Below are positions 11,301 through 24,561 of a stretch of 64,000 nucleotides of DNA, piece by piece (position 1 is the stretch's first letter; every line of letters begins with the position of its first letter). The notes beneath the pieces were generated by a model, which did no database searches, was not told the origin of the DNA, and worked only from the letters and a program-made list of their open reading frames with translations. The position numbers were made by a program, and so were the translations under genes. The DNA lies in assembly GCF_009914755.1 (NCBI RefSeq), contig NC_060944.1; one strand, 5' to 3'. Source of the DNA: the human T2T-CHM13v2.0 reference genome, Homo sapiens.

Positions 11301-14300
11301 AAGCATTCTCAGAAACTTATTTGTGATGTGTGCCCTCAACTGACAGTGTTGAACCTTTGTTTTGATAGAGTAGTTCTGAAACACACTTTTTGTAAAATCT
11401 GCAAGAGGATATTTGGATAGCTTTGAGGATTTCGTTGGAAACGGGAATGTCTTCATGTAAACTCTAGACAGAAGCATTCTCAGAAACTGCTTTGGGATGT
11501 TTCAATTGAAGTCCCAGTGTTGAACATTCCCTTTCATAGAGCAGGTTTGAAACACTCTTTTTGTACTATCTGGAAGTGGACATTTGGAGCGCTTTCAGGT
11601 CTACGGTGAAAAAGGAGATACCTTCCAATAAAAACTAGATAGAAGCAATGTCAGAACTTTTTTCATGATGTATCTACTCAGCAAACAGAGTTGAACCTTT
11701 CTTTTGAGAGAGCAGTTTTGAAACACTCTTTTTGTGGAATATGCAAGTGGGTATTAGGCCGGCTTGGAGGATTTCGTTGGAAACGGGAATACGTATAAAA
11801 AGCAGACAGCAGCATTGTCAGAAACTACTTTGTGATGTTTGCATTCAAGTCACAGAATTGAACACTCCCTTTCACAGAGCAGGTTTGAAACACTCTTTTT
11901 GTAGTGTCTGTAAGTGAACATTTGGATTGCTTTCAGGCCTAAGGTGAAAAAGGAAATATCTTCCCATAAAAACTAGACAGAAGCATTCTCAGAAACTTGT
12001 TTGTGATGTGTGCCCTCTACTGACAGAGTTGAACCTTTCTTTGTAAAGAGCAGTTTTGAAACACTCTTTTTGTAGAATCTGCAAGAGGATATTTGGATAG
12101 CTTTGAGGATTTCTTGGGAAACGGGAATGTCTTCAGATAAACTCTAGACAGAAGCATTCTCAGAAACTTCTTTGGGATGTTTCAATTGAAGTCACAGTGT
12201 TGAACATTCCCTTTCACAGAGCAGGTTTGAAACACTCTTTTTGTAGTGTCTATAAGTGAACATTTGGCGTGCTTTCAGGCCTAACGTGAAAAAGGAAATA
12301 TCTTCCCATAAAAACTAGACAGAAGCATTCTCAGAAACTTGTTCGTGATGTGTGCCCTCTACTGACAGAGTTGAACCTTTCTTTGCAAAGAGCAGCTTTG
12401 AAACACTCTTTTTGTAGAATCTGCAAGAGGATATTTGGATAGCTTTGAGGATTTCGTTGGAAACGGGTATGTCTTCAGATAAACTCTAGACAGAAGCATT
12501 CTCAGAAACTTCTTTGGGATGTTGCATTCAAGTCACAGAGTAGAACATTCCCATTCATAGAGCAGATTTGAAACACTCTTTTTGTAGTATCTGGAAGTGG
12601 ACATTTGGAGCGCTTTCAGGCCTAGGTTGAAAAAGGAAATATCTTCCCATAAAAACTAGACGGAAGCATTCTCAGAAACTTACTTGTGATGTGTTTGCTC
12701 AACTAACAGAATTGAACCATCGTTTTGAAGGAGCAGTTTTGAAACACTGTTTTCGTGGAATCTGCAAGTGGATATTTGGCTAGCTTTGAGGATTTCGTTG
12801 GAAATGGGATTACATATAAAAAGGAGACAGCAGCATTCTCAGAAACTTCTTTGTGATGTCTGCATTCAATTCACAGAGTTGAGCATTCCCTTTCATAGAG
12901 CAGGTTGGAAACACTCTTTTTGTAGTATCTGGATGAGGACATTTGGAGCGCTTTCAGGCGTATGGTGAAAAAGGAAATATCTTCCCGTAAAAACTAGACA
13001 GAAGCATTCTCAGAAGTTTATTTGTGATGTGTGCCCTCAACTAACAGAGTTGAACCTTTCTTTTGATAGAGCAGTTTTGAAACACTCTTTTTGTAAAATC
13101 TGCAAGAGGATATTTGGATAGCTTTGAGGATTTCGTTGCAAACGGGAATGGCTTCATATAAACTCTAGACAGAAGCATTCTCAGAAACTTCGTTGGGATG
13201 TTTCGATTGAAGTCCCAGTGTTGAACATTCCCTTTTATAGAGCAGGTTGGAAACACTCTTTCTGCATTCCCTGGAAGTGGACATTTGGAGCGCTTTCAGG
13301 ACGACGGTGAAAATGGAAATATCTTCCAATAAAATCTAGATAGAAACAACGTCAGAAACTTTTATGTGATGGATCTACTCAGCTAACAGAGTTGAACCTT
13401 TCTTTTGAGAGAGCAGTTTTGCAACACTCTTTTTGTGGAATATGCAAGTGGATATTAGGGCAGCTTTGAGGATTTCGTTGGAAACGGGAATACATGTAAA
13501 AAGCAGACAGCAGCATTCTCAGAAACTTCTTTGTGATGTTTGCATTGAAGTCACAGAGTTGAACATTCCCTTTGAGAGAGCAGGTTTGAAACACGCCTTT
13601 TGTCATATCTGGAAGTGTCCATTCGGAGCGCATTCAGGCTTGTGTTGAAAAAGGAAATATCCTCCCATAAAAACTAGACAGAAGCATTCTCAGAAACTTA
13701 TCTGTGATGTATGTACTCAACTAACAGAACTAAACCATCGTTTTGAAGGAGCAGTTTTGAAACACTCTTTTTGCGGAATCTGCAAGTGGATATTTGGCTA
13801 GCTGGGAGGATTTCGTTGGAAACGGGATTACATACAAAAAGCAGACAGCAGCATTCTCAGAAACTTCTTTGTGATGTTTGCATTCAAGTCACAGAGTTGA
13901 ACATTCCCTTTCATAGAGCAGGTTTGAAACACTCTTTTTGTAGTATCTGGATGTGGACATTTGGATCGCTTTCAGGCCTATGGTGAAAAAGGAAATATCT
14001 TCCCATGAAAACTAGACAGAAGCATTCTCAGAAACTTATTTGTGATGTGTGCCCTCAACTGACAGTGTTGAACCTTTGTTTTGATAGAGCAGTTCTGAAA
14101 CACACTTTTTGTAAAATCTGCAAGAGGATATTTGGATAGCTTTGAGGATTTCGTTGGAAACGGGAATGTCTTCATGTAAACTCTAGACAGAAGCATTCTC
14201 AGAAACTGCTTTGGGATGTTTCAATTGAAGTCCCAGTGTTGAACATTCCCTTTCATAGAGCAGGTTTGAAACACTCTTTTTGTACTATCTGGAAGTGGAC

Positions 14301-17300
14301 ATTTGGAGCGCTTTCAGGTCTACGGTGAAAAAGGAGATACCTTCCAATAAAAACTAGATAGAAGCAATGTCAGAACTTTTTTCATGATGTATCTACTCAG
14401 CAAACAGAGTTGAACCTTTCTTTTGAGAGAGCAGTTTTGAAACACTCTTTTTGTGGAATATGCAAGTGGGTATTAGGCCGGCTTGGAGGATTTCGTTGGA
14501 AACGGGAATACGTATAAAAAGCAGACAGCAGCATTGTCAGAAACTACTTTGTGATGTTTGCATTCAAGTCACAGAATTGAACACTCCCTTTCACAGAGCA
14601 GGTTTGAAACACTCTTTTTGTAGTGTCTGTAAGTGAACATTTGGATTGCTTTCAGGCCTAAGGTGAAAAAGGAAATATCTTCCCATAAAAACTAGACAGA
14701 AGCATTCTCAGAAACTTGTTTGTGATGTGTGCCCTCTACTGACAGAGTTGAACCTTTCTTTGCAAAGAGCAGTTTTGAAACACTCTTTTTGTAGAATCTG
14801 CAAGAGGATATTTGGATAGCTTTGAGGATTTCTTGGGAAACCGGAATGTCTTCAGATAAACTCTAGACAGAAGCATTCTCAGAAACTTCTTTGGGATGTT
14901 TCAATTGCAGTCACAGTGTTGAACATTCCCTTTCACAGAGCAGGTTTGAAACACTCTTTTTGTAGTGTCTATAAGTGAACATTTGGCGTGCTTTCAGCCC
15001 TAACGTGAAAAAGGAAATATCTTCCCATAAAAACTAGACAGAAGCATTCTCAGAAACTTGTTCGTGATGTGTGCCCTCTACTGACAGAGTTGAACCTTTC
15101 TTTGCAAAGAGCAGCTTTGAAACACTCTTTTTGTAGAATCTGCAAGAGGATATTTGGATAGCTTTGAGGATTTCGTTGGAAACGGGTATGTCTCCAGATA
15201 AACTCTAGACAGAAGCATTCTCAGAAACTTCTTTGGGATGTTGCATTCAAGTCACAGAGTAGAACATTCCCATTCATAGAGCAGATTTGAAACACTCTTT
15301 TTGTAGTATCTGGAAGTGAACATTTGGAGCGCTTTCAGGCCTATGTTGAAAAAGGAAATATCTTTCCATAAAAACTAGACCGAAGCATTCTCAGAAACTT
15401 ATTTGTGTTGTGTTTGCTCAACTAACAGGATTGAACCATCGTTTTGAAGGAGCAGTTTTGAAACACTGTTTTCGTGGAATCTGCAAGTGGATATTTGGCT
15501 AGCTTTGAGGATTTCGTTGGAAACGGGATTACATATAAAAAGGAGACAGCAGCATTCTCAGAAACTTCTTTGTGATGTCTGCATTCAATTCACAGAGTTG
15601 AGCATTCCCTTTCATAGAGCAGGTTGGAAACACTCTTTTTGTAGTATCTGGATGAGGACATTTGGAGCGCTTTCAGGCGTATGGTGAAAAAGGAAATATC
15701 TTCCCGTAAAAACTAGACAGAAGCATTCTCAGAAGTTTATTTGTGATGTGTGCCCTCAACTAACAGAGTTGAACCTTTCTTTTGATAGAGCAGTTTTGAA
15801 ACACTCTTTTTGTAAAATCTGCAAGAGGATATTTGGATAGCTTTGAGGATTTCGTTGCAAACGGGAATGGCTTCATATAAACTATAGACAGAAGCATTCT
15901 CAGAAACTTCGTTGGGATGTTTCGATTGAAGTCCCAGTGTTGAACATTCCCTTTTATAGAGCAGGTTGGAAACACTCTTTCTGCATTCCCTGGAAGTGGA
16001 CATTTGGAGCGCTTTCACGACGACGGTGAAAATGGAAATATCTTCCAATAAAATCTAGATAGAAACAACTTCAGAAACTTTTTTGTGATGGATCTACTCA
16101 GCTAACAGAGTTGAGCCTTTCTTTTGGGAGAGCAGTTTTGCAACACTCTTTTTGTGGAATATGCAAGTGGAAATTAGGGCAGCTTTGAGGATTTCCTTGG
16201 AAACGGGAATTCATGTAAAAAGCAGACAGCAGCATTCTCAGAAACTTCTTTGTGATGTTTGCATTGAAGTCACAGAGTTGAACATTCCATTTGAGAGAGC
16301 AGGATTGAAACTCGCCTTTTTGTCATATATGGAAGTGTCCATTCGGAGCGCATTCAGGCTTGTGTTGAAAAAGGAAATATCCTCCCATAAAAACTAGACA
16401 GAAGCATTCTCAGAAACTTATCTGTGATGTATGTACTCAACTAACAGAACTAAACCATCGTTTGGAAGGAGCAGTTTTGAAACACTCTTTTTGCGGAATC
16501 TGCAAGTGGATATTTGGCTAGCTGGGAGGATTTCGTTGGAAACGGGATTACATACAAAAAGCAGAGAGCAGCATTCTCAGAAACTTCTTTGTGATGTTTG
16601 CATTCAAGTCACAGAGTTGAACATTCCCTTTCATAGAGCAGGTTTGAAACACTCTTTTTGTAGTATCTGGATGTGGACATTTGGATCGCTTTCAGGCCTA
16701 TGGTGAAAAAGGAAATATCTTCCCATGAAAACTAGACAGAAGCATTCTCAGAAACTTATTTGTGATGTGTGCCCTCAACTGACAGTGTTGAACCTTTGTT
16801 TTGATAGAGCAGTTCTGAAACACACTTTTTGTAAAATCTGCAAGAGGATATTTGGATAGCTTTGAGGATTTCGTTGGAAACGGGAATGTCTTCATGTAAA
16901 CTCTAGACAGAAGCATTCTCAGAAACTGCTTTGGGATGTTTCAATTGAAGTCCCAGTGTTGAACATTCCCTTTCATAGAGCAGGTTTGAAACACTCTTTT
17001 TGTACTATCTGGAAGTGGACATTTGGAGCGCTTTCAGGTCTACGGTGAAAAAGGAGATATCTTCCAATAAAAACTAGATAGAAGCAATGTCAGAACTTTT
17101 TTCATGATGTATCTACTCAGCAAACAGAGTTGAACCTTTCTTTTGAGAGAGCAGTTTTGAAACACTCTTTTTGTGGAATATGCAAGTGGGTATTAGGCCG
17201 GCTAGGAGGATTTCGTTGGAAACGGGAATACGTATAAAAAGCAGACAGCAGCATTGTCAGAAACTACTTTGTGATGTTTGCATTCAAGTCACAGAATTGA

Positions 17301-20300
17301 ACACTCCCTTTCACAGAGCAGGTTTGAAACACTCTTTTTGTAGTGTCTGTAAGTGAACATTTGGATTGCTTTCAGGCCTAAGGTGAAAAAGGAAATATCT
17401 TCCCATAAAAACTAGACAGAAGCATTCTCAGAAACTTGTTTGTGATGTGTGCCCTCTACTGACAGAGTTGAACCTTTCTTTGCAAAGAGCAGTTTTGAAA
17501 CACTCTTTTTGTAGAATCTGCAAGAGGATATTTGGATAGCTTTGAGGATTTCTTGGGAAACGGGAATGTCTTCAGATAAACTCTAGACAGAAGCATTCTC
17601 AGAAACTTCTTTGGGATGTTTTAATTGAAGTCACAGTGTTGAACATTCCCTTTCACAGAGCAGGTTTGAAACACTCTTTTTGTAGTGTCTATAAGTGAAC
17701 ATTTGGCGTGCTTTCAGGCCTAACGTGAAAAAGGAAATATCTTCCCATAAAAACTAGACAGAAGCATTCTCAGAAACTTGTTCGTGATGTGTGCCCTCTA
17801 CTGACAGAGTTGAACCTTTCTTTGCAAAGAGCAGCTTTGAAACACTCTTTTTGTAGAATCTGCAAGAGGATATTTGGATAGCTTTGAGGATTTCGTTGGA
17901 AACGGGTATGTCTTCAGATAAACTCTAGACAGAAGCATTCTCAGAAACTTCTTTGGGATGTTGCATACAAGTCACAGAGTAGAACATTCCCATTCATAGA
18001 GCAGATTTGAAACACTCTTTTTGTAGTATCTGGAAGTGGACATTTGGAGCGCTTTCAGGCCTATGTTGAAAAAGGAAATATCTTCCCATAAAAACTAGAT
18101 GGAAGCATTCTCAGAAACTTACTTGTGATGTGTTTGCTCAACTAACAGAATTGAACCATCGTTTTGAAGGAGCAGTTTTGAAACACTGTTTTCGTGGAAT
18201 CTGCAAGTGGATATTTGGCTAGCTTTGAGGATTTCGTTGGAAACGGGATTACATATAAAAAGGAGACAGCAGCATTCTCAGAAACTTCTTTGTGATGTCT
18301 GCATTCAAGTCACAGGGTTGAGCATTCCCTTTCATAGAGCAGGTTGGAAACACTCTTTTTGTAGTATCTGGATGAGGACATTTGGAGCGCTTTCAGGCGT
18401 ATGGTGAAAAAGGAAATATCTTCCCGTAAAAACTAGACAGAAGCATTCTCAGAAATTTATTTGTGATGTGTGCCCTCAACTAACAGAGTTGAACCTTTCT
18501 TTTGATAGAGCAGTTTTGAAACACTCTTTTTGTAAAATCTGCAAGAGGATATTTGGATAGCTTTGAGGATTTCGTTGCAAACGGGAATGGCTTCATATAA
18601 ACTCTAGACAGAAGCATTCTCAGAAACTTCTTTGGGATGTTTCGATTGAAGTCCCAGTGTTGAACATTCCCTTTTATAGAGCAGGTTGGAAACACTCTTT
18701 CTGCATTCCCTGGAAGTGGACATTTGGAGCGCTTTCAGGACGACGGTGAAAATGGAAATATCTTCCAATAAAATCTAGATAGAAGCAACGTCAGAAACTT
18801 TTATGTGATGGATCTACTCAGCTAACAGAGTTGAACCTTTCTTTTGAGAGAGCAGTTTTGCAACACTCTTTTTGTGGAATATGCAAGTGGATATTAGGGC
18901 AGCTTTGAGGATTTCGTTGGAAACGGGAATACATGTAAAAAGCAGATAGCAGCATTCTCAGAAACTTCTTTGTGATGTTTGCATTGAAGTCACAGAGTTG
19001 AACATTCCCTTTGAGAGAGCAGGTTTGAAACACGCCTTTTGTCATATCTGGAAGTGTCCATTCGGAGCGCATTCAGGCTTGTGTTGAAAAAGGAAATATC
19101 CTCCCATAAAAACTAGACAGAAGCATTCTCAGAAACTTATCTGTGATGTATGTACTCAACTAACAGAACTAAACCATCGTTTTGAAGGAGCAGTTTTGAA
19201 ACACTCTTTTTGCGGAATCTGCAAGTGGATATTTGGCTAGCTGGGAGGATTTCGTTGGAAACGGGATTACATACAAAAAGCAGAGAGCAGCATTCTCAGA
19301 AACTTCTTTGTGATGTTTGCATTCAAGTCACAGAGTTGAACATTCCCTTTCATAGAGCAGGTTTGAAACACTCTTTTTGTAGTATCTGGATGTGGACATT
19401 TGGATCGCTTTCAGGCCTATGGTGAAAAAGGAAATATCTTCCCATGAAAACTAGACAGAAGCATTCTCAGAAACTTATTTGTGATGTGTGCCCTCAACTG
19501 ACAGTGTTGAACCTTTGTTTTGATAGAGCAGTTCTGAAACACACTTTTTGTAAAATCTGCAAGAGGATATTTGGATAGCTTTGAGGATTTCGTTGGAAAC
19601 GGGAATGTCTTCATGTAAACTCTAGACAGAAGCATTCTCAGAAACTGCTTTGGGATGTTTCAATTGAAGTCCCAGTGTTGAACATTCCCTTTCATAGAGC
19701 AGGTTTGAAACACTCTTTTTGTACTATCTGGAAGTGGACATTTGGAGCGCTTTCAGGTCTACGGTGAAAAAGGAGATATCTTCCAATAAAAACTAGATAG
19801 AAGCAATGTCAGAACTTTTTTCATGATGTATCTACTCAGCAAACAGAGTTGAACCTTTCTTTTGAGAGAGCAGTTTTGAAACACTCTTTTTGTGGAATAT
19901 GCAAGTGGGTATTAGGCCGGCTAGGAGGATTTCGTTGGAAACGGGAATACGTATAAAAAGCAGACAGCAGCATTGTCAGAAACTACTTTGTGATGTTTGC
20001 ATTCAAGTCACAGAATTGAACACTCCCTTTCACAGAGCAGGTTTGAAACACTCTTTTTGTAGTGTCTGTAAGTGAACATTTGGATTGCTTTCAGGCCTAA
20101 GGTGAAAAAGGAAATATCTTCCCATAAAAACTAGACAGAAGCATTCTCAGAAACTTGTTTGTGATGTGTGCCCTCTACTGACAGAGTTGAACCTTTCTTT
20201 GCAAAGAGCAGTTTTGAAACACTCTTTTTGTAGAATCTGCAAGAGGATATTTGGATAGCTTTGAGGATTTCTTGGGAAACGGGAATGTCTTCAGATAAAC

Positions 20301-23300
20301 TCTAGACAGAAGCATTCTCAGAAACTTCTTTGGGATGTTTTAATTGAAGTCACAGTGTTGAACATTCCCTTTCACAGAGCAGGTTTGAAACACTCTTTTT
20401 GTAGTGTCTATAAGTGAACATTTGGCGTGCTTTCAGGCCTAACGTGAAAAAGGAAATATCTTCCCATAAAAACTAGACAGAAGCATTCTCAGAAACTTGT
20501 TCGTGATGTGTGCCCTCTACTGACAGAGTTGAACCTTTCTTTGCAAAGAGCAGCTTTGAAACACTCTTTTTGTAGAATCTGCAAGAGGATATTTGGATAG
20601 CTTTGAGGATTTCGTTGGAAACGGGTATGTCTTCAGATAAACTCTAGACAGAAGCATTCTCAGAAACTTCTTTGGGATGTTGCATACAAGTCACAGAGTA
20701 GAACATTCCCATTCATAGAGCAGATTTGAAACACTCTTTTTGTAGTATCTGGAAGTGGACATTTGGAGCGCTTTCAGGCCTATGTTGAAAAAGGAAATAT
20801 CTTCCCATAAAAACTAGATGGAAGCATTCTCAGAAACTTACCTGTGATGTGTTTGCTCAACTAACAGAATTGAACCATCGTTTTGAAGGAGCAGTTTTGA
20901 AACACTGTTTTCGTGGAATCTGCAAGTGGATATTTGGCTAGCTTTGAGGATTTCGTTGGAAACGGGATTACATATAAAAAGGAGACAGCAGCATTCTCAG
21001 AAACTTCTTTGTGATGTCTGCATTCAAGTCACAGGGTTGAGCATTCCCTTTCATAGAGCAGGTTGGAAACACTCTTTTTGTAGTATCTGGATGAGGACAT
21101 TTGGAGCGCTTTCAGGCGTATGGTGAAAAAGGAAATATCTTCCCGTAAAAACTAGACAGAAGCATTCTCAGAAATTTATTTGTGATGTGTGCCCTCAACT
21201 AACAGAGTTGAACCTTTCTTTTGATAGAGCAGTTTTGAAACACTCTTTTTGTAAAATCTGCAAGAGGATATTTGGATAGCTTTGAGGATTTCGTTGCAAA
21301 CGGGAATGGCTTCATATAAACTCTAGACAGAAGCATTCTCAGAAACTTCTTTGGGATGTTTCGATTGAAGTCCCAGTGTTGAACATTCCCTTTTATAGAG
21401 CAGGTTGGAAACACTCTTTCTGCATTCCCTGGAAGTGGACATTTGGAGCGCTTTCAGGACGACGGTGAAAATGGAAATATCTTCCAATAAAATCTAGATA
21501 GAAGCAACGTCAGAAACTTTTATGTGATGGATCTACTCAGCTAACAGAGTTGAACCTTTCTTTTGAGAGAGCAGTTTTGCAACACTCTTTTTGTGGAATA
21601 TGCAAGTGGATATTAGGGCAGCTTTGAGGATTTCGTTGGAAACGGGAATACATGTAAAAAGCAGATAGCAGCATTCTCAGAAACTTCTTTGTGATGTTTG
21701 CATTGAAGTCACAGAGTTGAACATTCCCTTTGAGAGAGCAGGTTTGAAACACGCCTTTTGTCATATCTGGAAGTGTCCATTCGGAGCGCATTCAGGCTTG
21801 TGTTGAAAAAGGAAATATCCTCCCATAAAAACTAGACAGAAGCATTCTCAGAAACTTATCTGTGATGTATGTACTCAACTAACAGAACTAAACCATCGTT
21901 TTGAAGGAGCAGTTTTGAAACACTCTTTTTGCGGAATCTGCAAGTGGATATTTGGCTAGCTGGGAGGATTTCGTTGGAAACGGGATTACATACAAAAAGC
22001 AGAGAGCAGCATTCTCAGAAACTTCTTTGTGATGTTTGCATTCAAGTCACAGAGTTGAACATTCCCTTTCATAGAGCAGGTTTGAAACACTCTTTTTGTA
22101 GTATCTGGATGTGGACATTTGGATCGCTTTCAGGCCTATGGTGAAAAAGGAAATATCTTCCCATGAAAACTAGACAGAAGCATTCTCAGAAACTTATTTG
22201 TGATGTGTGCCCTCAACTGACAGTGTTGAACCTTTGTTTTGATAGAGCAGTTCTGAAACACACTTTTTGTAAAATCTGCAAGAGGATATTTGGATAGCTT
22301 TGAGGATTTCGTTGGAAACGGGAATGTCTTCATGTAAACTCTAGACAGAAGCATTCTCAGAAACTGCTTTGGGATGTTTCAATTGAAGTCCCAGTGTTGA
22401 ACATTCCCTTTCATAGAGCAGGTTTGAAACACTCTTTTTGTACTATCTGGAAGTGGACATTTGGAGCGCTTTCAGGTCTACGGTGAAAAAGGAGATATCT
22501 TCCAATAAAAACTAGATAGAAGCAATGTCAGAACTTTTTTCATGATGTATCTACTCAGCAAACAGAGTTGAACCTTTCTTTTGAGAGAGCAGTTTTGAAA
22601 CACTCTTTTTGTGGAATATGCAAGTGGGTATTAGGCCGGCTAGGAGGATTTCGTTGGAAACGGGAATACGTATAAAAAGCAGACAGCAGCATTGTCAGAA
22701 ACTACTTTGTGATGTTTGCATTCAAGTCACAGAATTGAACACTCCCTTTCACAGAGCAGGTTTGAAACACTCTTTTTGTAGTGTCTGTAAGTGAACATTT
22801 GGATTGCTTTCAGGCCTAAGGTGAAAAAGGAAATATCTTCCCATAAAAACTAGACAGAAGCATTCTCAGAAACTTGTTTGTGATGTGTGCCCTCTACTGA
22901 CAGAGTTGAACCTTTCTTTGCAAAGAGCAGTTTTGAAACACTCTTTTTGTAGAATCTGCAAGAGGATATTTGGATAGCTTTGAGGATTTCTTGGGAAACG
23001 GGAATGTCTTCAGATAAACTCTAGACAGAAGCATTCTCAGAAACTTCTTTGGGATGTTTTAATTGAAGTCACAGTGTTGAACATTCCCTTTCACAGAGCA
23101 GGTTTGAAACACTCTTTTTGTAGTGTCTATAAGTGAACATTTGGCGTGCTTTCAGGCCTAACGTGAAAAAGGAAATATCTTCCCATAAAAACTAGACAGA
23201 AGCATTCTCAGAAACTTGTTCGTGATGTGTGCCCTCTACTGACAGAGTTGAACCTTTCTTTGCAAAGAGCAGCTTTGAAACACTCTTTTTGTAGAATCTG

Positions 23301-24561
23301 CAAGAGGATATTTGGATAGCTTTGAGGATTTCGTTGGAAACGGGTATGTCTTCAGATAAACTCTAGACAGAAGCATTCTCAGAAACTTCTTTGGGATGTT
23401 GCATACAAGTCACAGAGTAGAACATTCCCATTCATAGAGCAGATTCGAAACACTCTTTTTGTAGTATCTGGAAGTGGACATTTGGAGCGCTTTCAGGCCT
23501 ATGTTGAAAAAGGAAATATCTTCCCATAAAAACTAGATGGAAGCATTCTCAGAAACTTACTTGTGATGTGTTTGCTCAACTAACAGAATTGAACCATCGT
23601 TTTGAAGGAGCAGTTTTGAAACACTGTTTTCGTGGAATCTGCAAGTGGATATTTGGCTAGCTTTGAGGATTTCGTTGGAAACGGGATTACATATAAAAAG
23701 GAGACAGCAGCATTCTCAGAAACTTCTTTGTGATGTCTGCATTCAAGTCACAGGGTTGAGCATTCCCTTTCATAGAGCAGGTTGGAAACACTCTTTTTGT
23801 AGTATCTGGATGAGGACATTTGGAGCGCTTTCAGGCGTATGGTGAAAAAGGAAATATCTTCCCGTAAAAACTAGACAGAAGCATTCTCAGAAATTTATTT
23901 GTGATGTGTGCCCTCAACTAACAGAGTTGAACCTTTCTTTTGATAGAGCAGTTTTGAAACACTCTTTTTGTAAAATCTGCAAGAGGATATTTGGATAGCT
24001 TTGAGGATTTCGTTGCAAACGGGAATGGCTTCATATAAACTCTAGACAGAAGCATTCTCAGAAACTTCTTTGGGATGTTTCGATTGAAGTCCCAGTGTTG
24101 AACATTCCCTTTTATAGAGCAGGTTGGAAACACTCTTTCTGCATTCCCTGGAAGTGGACATTTGGAGCGCTTTCAGGACGACGGTGAAAATGGAAATATC
24201 TTCCAATAAAATCTAGATAGAAGCAATGTCAGAAACTTTTATGTGATGGATCTACTCAGCTAACAGAGTTGAACCTTTCTTTTGAGAGAGCAGTTTTGCA
24301 ACACTCTTTTTGTGGAATATGCAAGTGGATATTAGGGCAGCTTTGAGGATTTCGTTGGAAACGGGAATACATGTAAAAAGCAGACAGCAGCATTCTCAGA
24401 AACTTCTTTGTGATGTTTGCATTGAAGTCACAGAGTTGAACATTCCATTTGAGAGAGCAGGATTGAAACACGCCTTTTGTCATATCTGGAAGTGTCCATT
24501 CAGAGCGCATTCAGGCTTGTGTTGAAAAAGGAAATATCCTCCCATAAAAACTATACAGAAG

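Larger units (their letters stand above)
2808..24561 (+). repeat. Eight tandem 16-mer HOR copies (H2-H9)
   Basis: The MRNLQ ORF anchor recurs at 2894, 5613, 8333, 11052, 13771, (16491), 19210, 21929 and 24648, i.e. every 2719 or 2720 bp. Confidence 0.95.
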
